A stretch of DNA of 64,000 nucleotides from Syntrophales bacterium (GTDB lineage Bacteria; Desulfobacterota; Syntrophia; Syntrophales; UBA2192): NCBI GenBank assembly GCA_035450185.1, contig DAOTMG010000003.1, forward strand, positions 65,562-129,561, in the 5' to 3' direction. Positions within the stretch are counted from its first letter, which is position 1. Each line of letters begins with the position of its first letter. Shown one piece after another: positions 41,405-50,136 of the stretch. A model generated the notes under the pieces. The model saw nothing but the letters and a program-made list of their open reading frames with translations. It did no database searches and was not told the origin of the DNA. Made by a program: the position numbers and the translations under genes.

Positions 41405-42637
41405 CTATGCCTTTTTCACCGGCTTCATCATCATGAAGGCGATGATCATACCCAGGACGGCGAGACCCGCCGTGGGATAGAAGGCGTAGGTGAAAGACCC
41501 GAAGGCGTCCTTTGCCTGTCCCGCGATGATGCCGCCCAGGATGGCGCCGATGCCGTAAGCGAAGAAGACGAGCCCGTAATTCTTGGCGTAGTTTTTCACG
41601 CCGAAGAAGATCGTCGTCGCCGTGGGCGCAATCGCCAGCCACCCGCCGAGCACGAGCCAGAAACCGACGAAGCACAGTGTGTAGAGCATCACGTTTCCGG
41701 GGCCTGCCGTCAGCATGCCGAGCGAGCTCACCAGGATAAGGACGAAGGAGATGAGCGCCGCATTCCGGGGGTTGAGTTTGTCCGTCAACACCCCGAAAAG
41801 GGGTCGGCCCAGACCATTGAAAATGGCGAAGACACCGACCAGCATGGCGGCCGTCGCTGCGTCGATCTTGATGATTTCCAGGCCGACGGAGGCCGAAATC
41901 CCGATCGCCATGAGTCCCGCGAGGCAGCCGATGATGTAGCAAAGAAAGAGCCCCCAGAAGGTAGAGGTCTTCGACATCTGGCCCATGTTGAGGTCGATGG
42001 CGCTTGCCGCGGCCGCAGCCGGCGGCGTCCAACCGGCGGGTCTCCAGCCCTCAACGGGGAATCGGAAGGGGATGAAACAGGCCAGCATGATGACGAGGAA
42101 GGCCGCCCCCATGTAGAAGAAGGTCTGCATGGGCCCCACGGCCTTGATGAGGGCCGCAGCGACGTTGGCGGACACGAAGGGCGACCCGCCGAAGCCGGCC
42201 AGCGTCAGTCCGAGGGCGAGGCCCCGCTTGTCGGGGAACCATCGGCCGTTGACGGCCAGGGGCACCCCGTAGGCGAGCCCCACACCGCCGCCGCCGATCA
42301 CGCCGTAGGTGATGTTCAGCATGTTAATGCTCGATGACTGGCTCGCCAGCATCCACCCCGCGCCCACGATGATCCCGCCGATCATGCCCAGCATCTTGGG
42401 GCCGAGCTTGGCCATGACCTGGCCGCCGAAGAAAACCATGATGGCAAAAAGGGCCAGAAAGATCATGAAGGGCATACCCGCCTCGGTTGCGGATGCGTTC
42501 AGGAGTTTCTGGACCGGACCCCTGAAGACGCTGTATGCGTAGACGCTTCCTAGACAGAGGTTAATAATGAACCCCAGCAGAACGAAGATCCATCGCCCGC
42601 TTTCCGCAGGCAAGCCGAAAAGTTTCTCGCCGCTCAT
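41405..42637 (-). CDS. MFS transporter, oxalate/formate antiporter (OFA)-like
   Basis: 410 aa, ~12 TM. N-terminal RWIFVLLGFIINLCLGSVYAYSVF is typical of the OFA family. Confidence 0.8.
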   Translation of the reverse strand: MSGEKLFGLPAESGRWIFVLLGFIINLCLGSVYAYSVFRGPVQKLLNASATEAGMPFMIFLALFAIMVFFGGQVMAKLGPKMLGMIGGIIVGAGWMLASQSSSINMLNITYGVIGGGGVGLAYGVPLAVNGRWFPDKRGLALGLTLAGFGGSPFVSANVAAALIKAVGPMQTFFYMGAAFLVIMLACFIPFRFPVEGWRPAGWTPPAAAAASAIDLNMGQMSKTSTFWGLFLCYIIGCLAGLMAIGISASVGLEIIKIDAATAAMLVGVFAIFNGLGRPLFGVLTDKLNPRNAALISFVLILVSSLGMLTAGPGNVMLYTLCFVGFWLVLGGWLAIAPTATTIFFGVKNYAKNYGLVFFAYGIGAILGGIIAGQAKDAFGSFTYAFYPTAGLAVLGMIIAFMMMKPVKKA

Positions 42638-42765
42638 AGAATACCCCCCCTTATGGATGAAAATAGGATGAGCTCAAAACCCTCCTCATATCGGCAGGGC
42701 GACAATGGACGAAGTGCTATCCAAAAACCTCCGAATTGTCAACCGAAAACTGGGACGGGGCGGCT

Positions 42766-43341
42766 TCATCGGTCGGCCAGATTTTCGAGTTCTTCGGCCG
42801 TGTTGATATTCATGAAGAGGCGCATCTCCGGGTCGAACTCGGTTATCTTCTCCGGGGGGATTTCCCGGACGCCGGATTTGAGAAAAAGATCAGTGATTTT
42901 AAGCCGATCCTCCTCGATGAGCCGCCGGATCGGTTTTATGAGCCTGCGGGAATATATGGCGTGAAGGGGCTGGAGTCCCTCGGGAGTGCGCGGGACGACG
43001 ACGCTGTGGTTCTTCGTTTCGCTCATCATGTATCGGATAAAGGGGGCATTCAGAAAGGGCATATCGCAGGCCGAGACAAAAGCATGATCGCAGGTGGCAA
43101 AGAAAAGCCCCGTGTAAATTCCCCCGAGGGCGGCTTTTCCCGGGATGATGTCCGTCACGATCTCCACATTGAACTCGAGGTAGTCGAGAGGGGAGTTGGT
43201 CACAATGAAAATATCTTTAAAGAGTTTCCGATAGATCCGGATCGTCCTTTCGATAAGCCGCTCCCCCCGGACCTGGATGAAGGCCTTGTTCAGACCGCCG
43301 AGGCGGGTGCTTTTGCCGCCGGACAGGATGATCCCCGTCAT
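42766..43341 (-). CDS. mobA: Molybdenum cofactor guanylyltransferase
   Basis: MTGIILSGGKSTRLGG.NKAF.. N-terminal motif. The ORF-track extension (to 43380) covers a partial copy of the MITE-like end. Confidence 0.8.
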   Translation of the reverse strand: MTGIILSGGKSTRLGGLNKAFIQVRGERLIERTIRIYRKLFKDIFIVTNSPLDYLEFNVEIVTDIIPGKAALGGIYTGLFFATCDHAFVSACDMPFLNAPFIRYMMSETKNHSVVVPRTPEGLQPLHAIYSRRLIKPIRRLIEEDRLKITDLFLKSGVREIPPEKITEFDPEMRLFMNINTAEELENLADR

Positions 43342-43459
43342 CGGCTGTTGAAAAACGTCTGTCTGTTTTGTCTCTCTCATCCCTCGTCCCTGTAGCGTAC
43401 GCCCCCGGCAAAGTGGTTAACGGCGAATGGCGAAGGGTCAGCCTAAAGAATGATTGGGT

Positions 43460-44623
43460 CTATCGGCACAGTTTCAGAATGTCGGCGATGACCTCCTCCG
43501 GGTAGCCGGTAAGGCGCCAGGTCTCAGCGAGCATGACGGCATTTGCGGCGATTTTTTTGATGTCCCGTGCCGGGATGTCGACCTCCCGCAGCCTCACCGG
43601 GGCTTTAATGGCAATGAACCAGGCCTTCAGTCTTGAAATCCCCCGTGCGGCGGCCCGGACGTCGTCTTTGAGCTTCACGCCGAAGACCTCCCTTGCAAGC
43701 CTTGCGAACTTGGCCGGGTTCTTCCGGCTCGCCCAGGTCATCCAGGCGGGGAGCACGATGGAAAGCCCCGCCCCGTGTGGGACATCGTATATGGCGCTCA
43801 GGGAGTGCTCGATCATGTGAACCGGGTAACGCACGTTTCCCATGCCCGCCGTCGTGAGTCCGTTGAAACCCAGTGTGGCGGCCCACATGAAGTTCGCCCG
43901 GGCATTGTAATCCGCCGGGTCCCTGAGACAGGCCTCCGTCGCTTCCATGAGGGTCCGCATCAGGCTCTCCACGAGGCGGTCCTGGAGGATGCCCGCGGGT
44001 TCCGTGTTGTTGAAATACCCCTCGAGCATGTGAGCGATCGCGTCGGCGGCGCTGTAAGCCGTGTAGGCGTCGCTCAGGGAGGAAAGCACTGAAGGGTCCA
44101 TGATGGAAACTTTCGGCTGGATGAAAAGGGAGCGGATGCTGAACTTCTGGCAGGTTTCTTCCTTCGTTATGACGGCCGCCGGGTTCATTTCGGAAGCGCT
44201 CGCCGAGATGGTGAGGATCGTCAGCACCGGCAGGGCGCCCCCGATGGATTTCTTGTAAGTGAAGAAATCCCAGATGTCGTGATCGGCCTTCACGCCGCAG
44301 GCGATGGTCTTCGCCGTGTCGATAACGCTTCCGCCGCCGACGGCGAGGATCACATCCGTCTGCTCCCTTTTGGCAACCTCGATCCCTTCCAGAACCTTGG
44401 AGAGGTAGGGGTTGGAGCGGACGCCCGCGAATTCGACAAAGGGGACCCGGGCCTCTTTCAGCGAGGCCACCACCTGGTCGTAGACACCGTTTTTCTTGAT
44501 GCTCCCCGAGCCGTATACAAGGAGGGCCTTGCTTCCGAAGCGCTTCAACTCCTGGCCGATCCGCGCGATGCTGCCCTTCCCGAAGATGACCCGGGTCGGG
44601 TTTTCAAAGACGAAGTTCTGCAT
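43460..44623 (-). CDS. Iron-containing alcohol dehydrogenase (butanol dehydrogenase/YqhD-like)
   Basis: MQNFVFENPTRVIFGKGS.., GGGSVIDTAK, metal-binding His motifs. AAGGGAGA SD before ATG 44623. Confidence 0.85.
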   Translation of the reverse strand: MQNFVFENPTRVIFGKGSIARIGQELKRFGSKALLVYGSGSIKKNGVYDQVVASLKEARVPFVEFAGVRSNPYLSKVLEGIEVAKREQTDVILAVGGGSVIDTAKTIACGVKADHDIWDFFTYKKSIGGALPVLTILTISASASEMNPAAVITKEETCQKFSIRSLFIQPKVSIMDPSVLSSLSDAYTAYSAADAIAHMLEGYFNNTEPAGILQDRLVESLMRTLMEATEACLRDPADYNARANFMWAATLGFNGLTTAGMGNVRYPVHMIEHSLSAIYDVPHGAGLSIVLPAWMTWASRKNPAKFARLAREVFGVKLKDDVRAAARGISRLKAWFIAIKAPVRLREVDIPARDIKKIAANAVMLAETWRLTGYPEEVIADILKLCR

Positions 44624-44663
44624 GACATGTCTCCCTTGGTTCACAGGACCGGAGCCTGCTCCC

Positions 44664-44695
44664 ATTTTGAGTTTTGAATGATGAGTATTGAATGG
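44664..44695. repeat. AT-rich 8-nt-periodic repeats (TTTTGAGT family)
   Basis: attttgag ttttgaat gatgagta ttgaatgg; shares ACTCATCATTC (minus sense) with the 53719-53760 copy. Confidence 0.7.
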
Positions 44696-44894
44696 ATGGG
44701 TGTGAAAAATTTCTCTATCACGGTTCAATCCGTATTCGGTGTCATGAAAACTCGGAATTCACAATGGTCAGGGACTTATATCCGCGAACATCCGCGCTTT
44801 GCAAGCGTGAAGTTTCGAATCGAACGGTTTTTTGTCTTGATAAATTCCCCGCCGGATTGTAAGAAATTTCCAAACGAAGCGGAGGGCTTGAAGC

Positions 44895-46193
44895 ATGTAC
44901 TGGGAACCGGATATCGAAACCATGCCGCGGGAGAAACTCGAGGCCGTCCAGATGGAGCGGCTGAAAAGCACGCTCCGGAGGGCCGCGGAATCTCCTCACT
45001 ACGGAGGCGTCTTCAGGGAGAAGGGGTTTGACCCGGCGAAAATCAATTCCCTCGACGATGTGAAGCGTATCCCCCTGACGACGAAGGAAGACCTCCGGGC
45101 GAGCTGGCCTTACGGGTTTCTGGCCGTCTCGAAGAATGAACTCGTCCGGATGCACTCCTCCTCCGGCACCACGGGACGGGCGACGGTCATCTTTCACACG
45201 GTGAATGACGTCGGGGCCTGGACGAACCTTGTGGCCCGGTGCATGTACATGACGGGTGTGCGCAGGGGGGATGTCTTCCAGAACATGATGACCTACGGTC
45301 TTTTCACGGGGGGGCTCGGCTTTCACTACGGGGCCGAGAAGCTCGGGGCCCTCGTCATCCCCGCCGGGGCGGGGAACAGCAAGCGCCAGATCCAGCTCAT
45401 GCGCGATTTCGGCACCACCGTGATCCACATCATTCCGAGCTACGCCCTCCATCTCTACACCGTCTTCGGGGAGATGAGTCTGGATCCAAAGCAAGACACG
45501 AAACTGAAGATCGCCTTCATCGGGGCGGAGCCGCACTCGGAAAAGACGCGAAAGAGGATCGAGGAGTTTTACGGGATCAAGGCCTATAATTCCTACGGCC
45601 TCTCCGAGATGAACGGTCCCGGCGTTGCCTTCGAATGCCCCTGTCAGACGGGTCTTCACATCTGGGAAGACAATTTCATCGTGGAGATCATCAATCCCGA
45701 CACCCTGGAGCCGGTGCCGGACGGCGGGGAAGGAGAACTGGTCATGACGACCCTTCTGCGCGAGGGGATGCCCATCCTGCGCTACCGGACGAAGGACCTC
45801 ACGCGGATCATTCCCGGGGTCTGCGAATGCGGCCGGACCCACCGCCGCATCGACAGGATCAAGGGGAGGACCGATGACATGCTCATCATCAAGGGCGTCA
45901 ACATCTTCCCCATCCAGGTCGAAAAAAAACTCATGGAGATCCCCGGCGTGGGGACGGATTACGTCATCATCCTGGATCGGGAGGAGTTCAACGACATCAT
46001 GACCGTCCGGGTGGAGGTGCAGAGGGAATTCTTCGACGGGGACCTGCTGCATCTCGAGGCTCTCCAGAAAAGGATCATCGAAGCGTTAAAGAGCGACATT
46101 CTGATCACGCCGAAAGTGGACCTGGTGGCCCCCGGGGGCTTGCCGAAGACGGAGGGGAAGGCGGTAAGGGTCATCGACAATCGCAAAGAGTAG
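44895..46193 (+). CDS. paaK: Phenylacetate-CoA ligase family (PaaK / coenzyme F390 synthetase-like)
   Basis: MYWEPDIETMPREKLE..Q.ERL, SSGTTGR AMP-binding motif, 432 aa. Confidence 0.85.
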   Translation: MYWEPDIETMPREKLEAVQMERLKSTLRRAAESPHYGGVFREKGFDPAKINSLDDVKRIPLTTKEDLRASWPYGFLAVSKNELVRMHSSSGTTGRATVIFHTVNDVGAWTNLVARCMYMTGVRRGDVFQNMMTYGLFTGGLGFHYGAEKLGALVIPAGAGNSKRQIQLMRDFGTTVIHIIPSYALHLYTVFGEMSLDPKQDTKLKIAFIGAEPHSEKTRKRIEEFYGIKAYNSYGLSEMNGPGVAFECPCQTGLHIWEDNFIVEIINPDTLEPVPDGGEGELVMTTLLREGMPILRYRTKDLTRIIPGVCECGRTHRRIDRIKGRTDDMLIIKGVNIFPIQVEKKLMEIPGVGTDYVIILDREEFNDIMTVRVEVQREFFDGDLLHLEALQKRIIEALKSDILITPKVDLVAPGGLPKTEGKAVRVIDNRKE

Positions 46194-46194
46194 C

Positions 46195-46317
46195 GGACTG
46201 TTGAAAAACAACCATCTACGGCGTTTCCCTCATCCTTCGTCGCTGCGGCGTACGTATCACAGTACGCCTCAGTCCTCAGGATATCGGGGGCCTTGTATCT
46301 GGCGTTTTTGAACAGCC
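46195..46317 (+). repeat. MITE-like intergenic element, copy 2
   Basis: GGACTGTTGAAAAAC...GTTTTTGAACAGCC. Begins 2 nt after the paaK stop and ends 44 nt before the ACT-gene start. Same orientation as copy 1. Confidence 0.7.
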
Positions 46318-46361
46318 CGGGGAGGACAGCATTCTTGTAGCGTTACCATAGGAGCAGAGAC

Positions 46362-46817
46362 ATGACGGTGCATCAGCTATCCGTGTTCGCGGAGAACAAG
46401 CCGGGGCAGCTCGCCCGGATCACCCGTGTTCTTTCGAAAGAAAAGGTCAACATCCGGGCCACCACCATCGCCACGTCTCACAGTTATGGCGTCATCAACC
46501 TCATCGTCGACGATCCCGGGCGGGCCCGGAAGGCGTTGACCGCCGAGGGGCTCATGGTCACCATGAAGGAGGTCATGGCCGTCATTATCGAGGACAAGCC
46601 CGGCGGACTGGACAAGCTGACGCAGCTTCTCGCCAAGGAGAACATCAATATCAACAATGCCTACGGGTTCGTTCTCGAGAGCTGGAAAACAGCCATTTTC
46701 GTCGTCGATGTCGACCAGATGGAAAAAGCCCGGCAACTCATCGAGAAGGCCAAGTTCAAGACCCTTGACGATGACTCCCTCGCGGCCGTCGAACCGTTCC
46801 ATTATGTGAAGTATTAG
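46362..46817 (+). CDS. ACT-domain protein (two ACT domains)
   Basis: LSVFAENKPGQLARIT..L....VNI.. and VIIEDKPGGLDKLTQLLAKENINI are two ACT-like repeats; common partner of PaaK-like ligases. Confidence 0.75.
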   Translation: MTVHQLSVFAENKPGQLARITRVLSKEKVNIRATTIATSHSYGVINLIVDDPGRARKALTAEGLMVTMKEVMAVIIEDKPGGLDKLTQLLAKENININNAYGFVLESWKTAIFVVDVDQMEKARQLIEKAKFKTLDDDSLAAVEPFHYVKY

Positions 46818-46888
46818 GCATCAAGCGGCCGGCATCGGGCATCGGGCGAAAGGCAGAGAGCTGAAGGTTCGACGCGTCTTCTCCGCAC

Positions 46889-47320
46889 CTAAAAGGCGCC
46901 CAGCTGACAGTGCGATATCTTGATGCCGAGTTTCTCACAGGCGGCGGAAACCCGGATCTTCGCCATCTTGAATTCTTTCGCTATTTTCCAGGAGGCATCG
47001 CAGGAAAGTCTCCCGTCCGTCACGGCTTCGCGTATTGCCCTTTCCAATTCGACGGAAACGGTCTCCGCTTTCTGGATGATCCTGCTGATCGGGCTGTATC
47101 CGAAAAGACCCAGTTGACATTTCTTTATCGGAATCTCCAGCCTGTCCATGGCAAATCCGATCTCCGCGGGAGAGACCTTCGCCGCCTCGGCAATGTTAAA
47201 GGCTATCGCGCAGGTCAAATCCCCCTTCTGAGCCTTTTTCCTGACCGCCTCGGCGACGTTATCATCCAGTTTCCGGTCAGCGGGATATTTTTCCTTATAG
47301 TGCCCTTTGTCCTTTCGCAT
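46889..47320 (-). CDS. Hypothetical protein with tandem duplicated ~45-aa module ending in CQLG[LA]F
   Basis: GDLTCAIAFNIAEAAKVSPAEIGFAMDRLEIPIKKCQLGLFG and GRLSCDASWKIAKEFKMAKIRVSAACEKLGIKISHCQLGAF. GGGAGAG SD before ATG 47320. Confidence 0.5.
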   Translation of the reverse strand: MRKDKGHYKEKYPADRKLDDNVAEAVRKKAQKGDLTCAIAFNIAEAAKVSPAEIGFAMDRLEIPIKKCQLGLFGYSPISRIIQKAETVSVELERAIREAVTDGRLSCDASWKIAKEFKMAKIRVSAACEKLGIKISHCQLGAF

Positions 47321-47395
47321 CGCTTTCTCTCCCTGTCTGAGCGTTCTCTGCAATGAAGAGATGGGAATAACGGGTGGAAACAGCGCCGGTCTTCC

Positions 47396-47424
47396 CATTC
47401 AACAATCAAAACTCAAAATCAAAC
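47396..47424. repeat. AT-rich 8-nt-periodic repeats (CTCAAAA family)
   Basis: cattcaac aatcaaaa ctcaaaat caaac. Confidence 0.65.
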
Positions 47425-47939
47425 TACCCCTTTACCTCCTCGTATCTTGCCAGTGTGAAGAGCATGTCGGCCAGCCGGTTGAGGTACTTGTGGATCTCGG
47501 GGTTTTTCACCAGGCCGTCGTCCTTCATCTTCGCCGCGTTCCGTTCCGCCCGCCGTATGACCGTTCGAGCCACGTCGATCTGGGCGGACACCACCGTTTC
47601 GCCCGGGTAGATGAACTCGTTCTTCAATTTGACCTCTTTCTGCAGGTCGTCGATGAGATCCTCGACGCGCTGGACGTCCGATTCGTCGATCCGTTTCGAG
47701 AGCTTCTGGACGTCCCCGGGGAGTGCCGAAAGCTCGGCGCCCATCATCAGGAGATCCTTCTGAACGGCAAGGAGGATGTCCTTGATCTTCTGACTTCTCG
47801 TCATGGCCCTCGCCACACCCATGACGGAGCTCGCTTCATCGAGAACGCCGTATGTCTCGGGCCTCGGGTCGTATTTCGGGACCCGCTGTCCGCCCAGCAG
47901 GCTTGTCTCTCCCTTGTCCCCCCTTTTTGAGAACTTCAT
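47424..47939 (-). CDS. pduO: ATP:cob(I)alamin adenosyltransferase, PduO type
   Basis: KRGDKGETSL..G.RV.K...R...YG.LDE and ..R.V.RRAER motifs; ATGA overlap with the upstream gene. Confidence 0.85.
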   Translation of the reverse strand: MKFSKRGDKGETSLLGGQRVPKYDPRPETYGVLDEASSVMGVARAMTRSQKIKDILLAVQKDLLMMGAELSALPGDVQKLSKRIDESDVQRVEDLIDDLQKEVKLKNEFIYPGETVVSAQIDVARTVIRRAERNAAKMKDDGLVKNPEIHKYLNRLADMLFTLARYEEVKG

Positions 47940-48646
47940 TTCCGGCTCCTTTCGATGTACTTGCCGACAATCGTCAGCATGGTTTCGCGGTTTCTCTTTG
48001 CGCCCTCGATGATCGTCTCCATGGTCAGGGGTGTTTCCACCACGCCGTTGCAATAGTTGTCGACCGAGCAGAGCGCGGCATAGGAAAGCCCGAGCTCCTG
48101 CGCGATAATCGCTTCGGCGGCCATGGTCATCCCCACAATGTCGGCGAAAGAGGCCATCATACGGATTTCGGCCTTCGTTTCCAGCCGCGGACCCACCGTC
48201 TGCCAGTAGACGCCCCGTTCGACGACGGGAATCCCGCAGGCGCCGGCCGCCTCGATGAGGCGGCGCCGCACCTCGCCGGACAGCTCGGGCGTGATGTGAA
48301 CGGGCCGGTCTGAGAAGATCGTGGGCGTGTCGGCGACCAGGATGAAGTCATCGGGCACGACGATGGACCCCGGCGGCAGCTCCTTTTTCAGGGAGCCCGT
48401 CGAGTTGAGGGCGACGACTTCTCCGATGCCGAGGGTCTTCAGGGCCGTGAGGTTGGCCTGGTGGTTGATGAGATGGGGAAGGACGTATTCCCCGGGGTCG
48501 CGGTCATGGCGTGAGATGAGGACGATCTCCTTTGAAACCCAGACGGTGACCCGCCCGAATTCATTGACCATGTGCTCTTTCTTCAGTCCATCGAAGACGT
48601 TTGCCCCGTGCAGGACCGTGCCGGCGATGATGCCGAGCGGCCTCAT
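47936..48646 (-). CDS. MTAP-family purine/5'-methylthioadenosine nucleoside phosphorylase
   Basis: GIIAGT..; RH......P..IN..AN..ALK.LG; VGMT...E PNP/MTAP family pattern; 236 aa. Confidence 0.75.
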   Translation of the reverse strand: MRPLGIIAGTVLHGANVFDGLKKEHMVNEFGRVTVWVSKEIVLISRHDRDPGEYVLPHLINHQANLTALKTLGIGEVVALNSTGSLKKELPPGSIVVPDDFILVADTPTIFSDRPVHITPELSGEVRRRLIEAAGACGIPVVERGVYWQTVGPRLETKAEIRMMASFADIVGMTMAAEAIIAQELGLSYAALCSVDNYCNGVVETPLTMETIIEGAKRNRETMLTIVGKYIERSRK

Positions 48647-48802
48647 GAGTGAAGACCTCCCTTTCCGTTTTGCAGGTGTCTCACATGCCCGGGCCTTCCC
48701 CGGCCGCGGGGGACGCCTGTCGATACAGGCTGAAGCCGCCCCCTCTATTATCAGATATGGAAAGCCCTGTCAAAACCTTGTCTTCCGGGACTGAAAATGG
48801 GT

Positions 48803-48833
48803 TTGACAGAACGGACATCTGATGGCATATAAA
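48803..48833 (+). promoter_or_regulatory. Sigma70-like promoter candidate for trxA
   Basis: TTGACA (48803-48808); CATATA/TATAAA at 48826-48833 (17-19 nt spacer). Confidence 0.45.
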
Positions 48834-48919
48834 ACAAAAAAGGGCGCCTCGCTGTTTGCATGGCGAGGGAAGGTGCCCTTTATTTTTCCGGCAGCGATCG
48901 CCGTGACGGAGGTCACCCG

Positions 48920-49246
48920 ATGAGCGAAGATTTGATTCATGTCAGTGACGGTAACTTTGATCAGGAAATTTTGAAATCCGACCAGCCCGCCCTCGTCGAT
49001 TTCTGGGCGCCCTGGTGCGGTCCCTGCCAGAGGATCGCGCCTATCATCGACGAACTGGCAAAGGAGTACAAGGGCAGGGTCAAGGTCGCGAAGATCAACG
49101 TGGATGAAAGCCGGAAGGTTGCCACCGATCTGGGCGTCATGAGCATCCCCACGCTCATCCTCTTCAAGGGCGGACAGATCGTCGATAAAATCGTTGGTCT
49201 CGCGCCCAAGGACCGGCTGAAGGAGTTCGTGAACAAGGCTCTGTAA
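48920..49246 (+). CDS. trxA: Thioredoxin
   Basis: 108 aa; FWAPWCGPCQ active site. GGAGG SD before ATG 48920. Confidence 0.95.
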   Translation: MSEDLIHVSDGNFDQEILKSDQPALVDFWAPWCGPCQRIAPIIDELAKEYKGRVKVAKINVDESRKVATDLGVMSIPTLILFKGGQIVDKIVGLAPKDRLKEFVNKAL

Positions 49247-49285
49247 TTTCCCGAGATCACTACCTGCGGGGTTCGAAGGAGCATC

Positions 49286-50068
49286 ATGACGGAAAAAACG
49301 TGTCGAGAACGGCTTCCATCGGGGGATCGGAAATGGACCCGGACCTCGATAGGGGTCGGTCTTGTTCTCCTGTGGCTTCTTTCGATTTCAGGCTGCGCTT
49401 TGTGGGACCGGCTGTGGGGCGGCGATGAGCGCCTGAGGACGCCCGAGAGCCTGTACGCGCGGGGCAAGGAACAGTACGACAGGAAAAATTATGAGAAGGC
49501 CATCGAGGCCTTCAGAAGGGTGAAGGAAGAATATCCCTTAAGCCAGCTTGCCATCATGGCCGAACTCGGGATCGCCGACTCTTATTTCAGCGATGAAAGA
49601 TACATCGATGCTCTGGTGTTTTACAATGAATTCGTCGAACTTCACCCGACGAACCCGAATGTCCCCTACGCCATGTACCAGACGGGGATGTGCCACTACA
49701 ACCAGATGGAGACCATCGACCGCGACCAGACGGAAACGGTGAAAGCCCGGTCGGCCTTTGAAAAACTGATCACCCGTTTTCCCGACAGCAAGTTCTCTTT
49801 CCTGGCCGAGAAAAAGTTGAGGGAGTGCAAGGAGCGGCAGGCCGAGCATGAATTTTACGTGGGGTATTTCTATTTCAAGAGCAAGAGATATTATGCGGCC
49901 ATGAGACGCTTCGAAGGCATCGCGAAGAATTACCCGAACCTGGGCCTGGACTACAAGGTGAATTACTTCCTTGCCGAATCGAAGAAACTCTACGAGAAAG
50001 AAAAAGTGGAGAAAAAGGAACCGGAAAAGGAAGACGTGGGAGGGATTATTCGAACCCCCGTGGAGTGA
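49286..50068 (+). CDS. bamD: Outer membrane protein assembly factor BamD (TPR lipoprotein)
   Basis: Lipobox LLSISGCAL; YxxG...Y......Y..A...F TPR units and the C-terminal pattern typical of BamD/YfiO. Confidence 0.8.
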   Translation: MTEKTCRERLPSGDRKWTRTSIGVGLVLLWLLSISGCALWDRLWGGDERLRTPESLYARGKEQYDRKNYEKAIEAFRRVKEEYPLSQLAIMAELGIADSYFSDERYIDALVFYNEFVELHPTNPNVPYAMYQTGMCHYNQMETIDRDQTETVKARSAFEKLITRFPDSKFSFLAEKKLRECKERQAEHEFYVGYFYFKSKRYYAAMRRFEGIAKNYPNLGLDYKVNYFLAESKKLYEKEKVEKKEPEKEDVGGIIRTPVE

Positions 50069-50098
50069 CCGGGGCAGGGGAAGGTATGTTGAACAGGG

Positions 50099-50136
50099 GC
50101 CGGGCGGCATCGGGAAGGTGCCGGCCGGCTTTTTTT
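50099..50136 (+). terminator. Intrinsic terminator after bamD
   Basis: gccgggcggcatc / ggtgccggccggc 13-bp stem (2 mismatches) followed by TTTTTTT. Confidence 0.6.
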
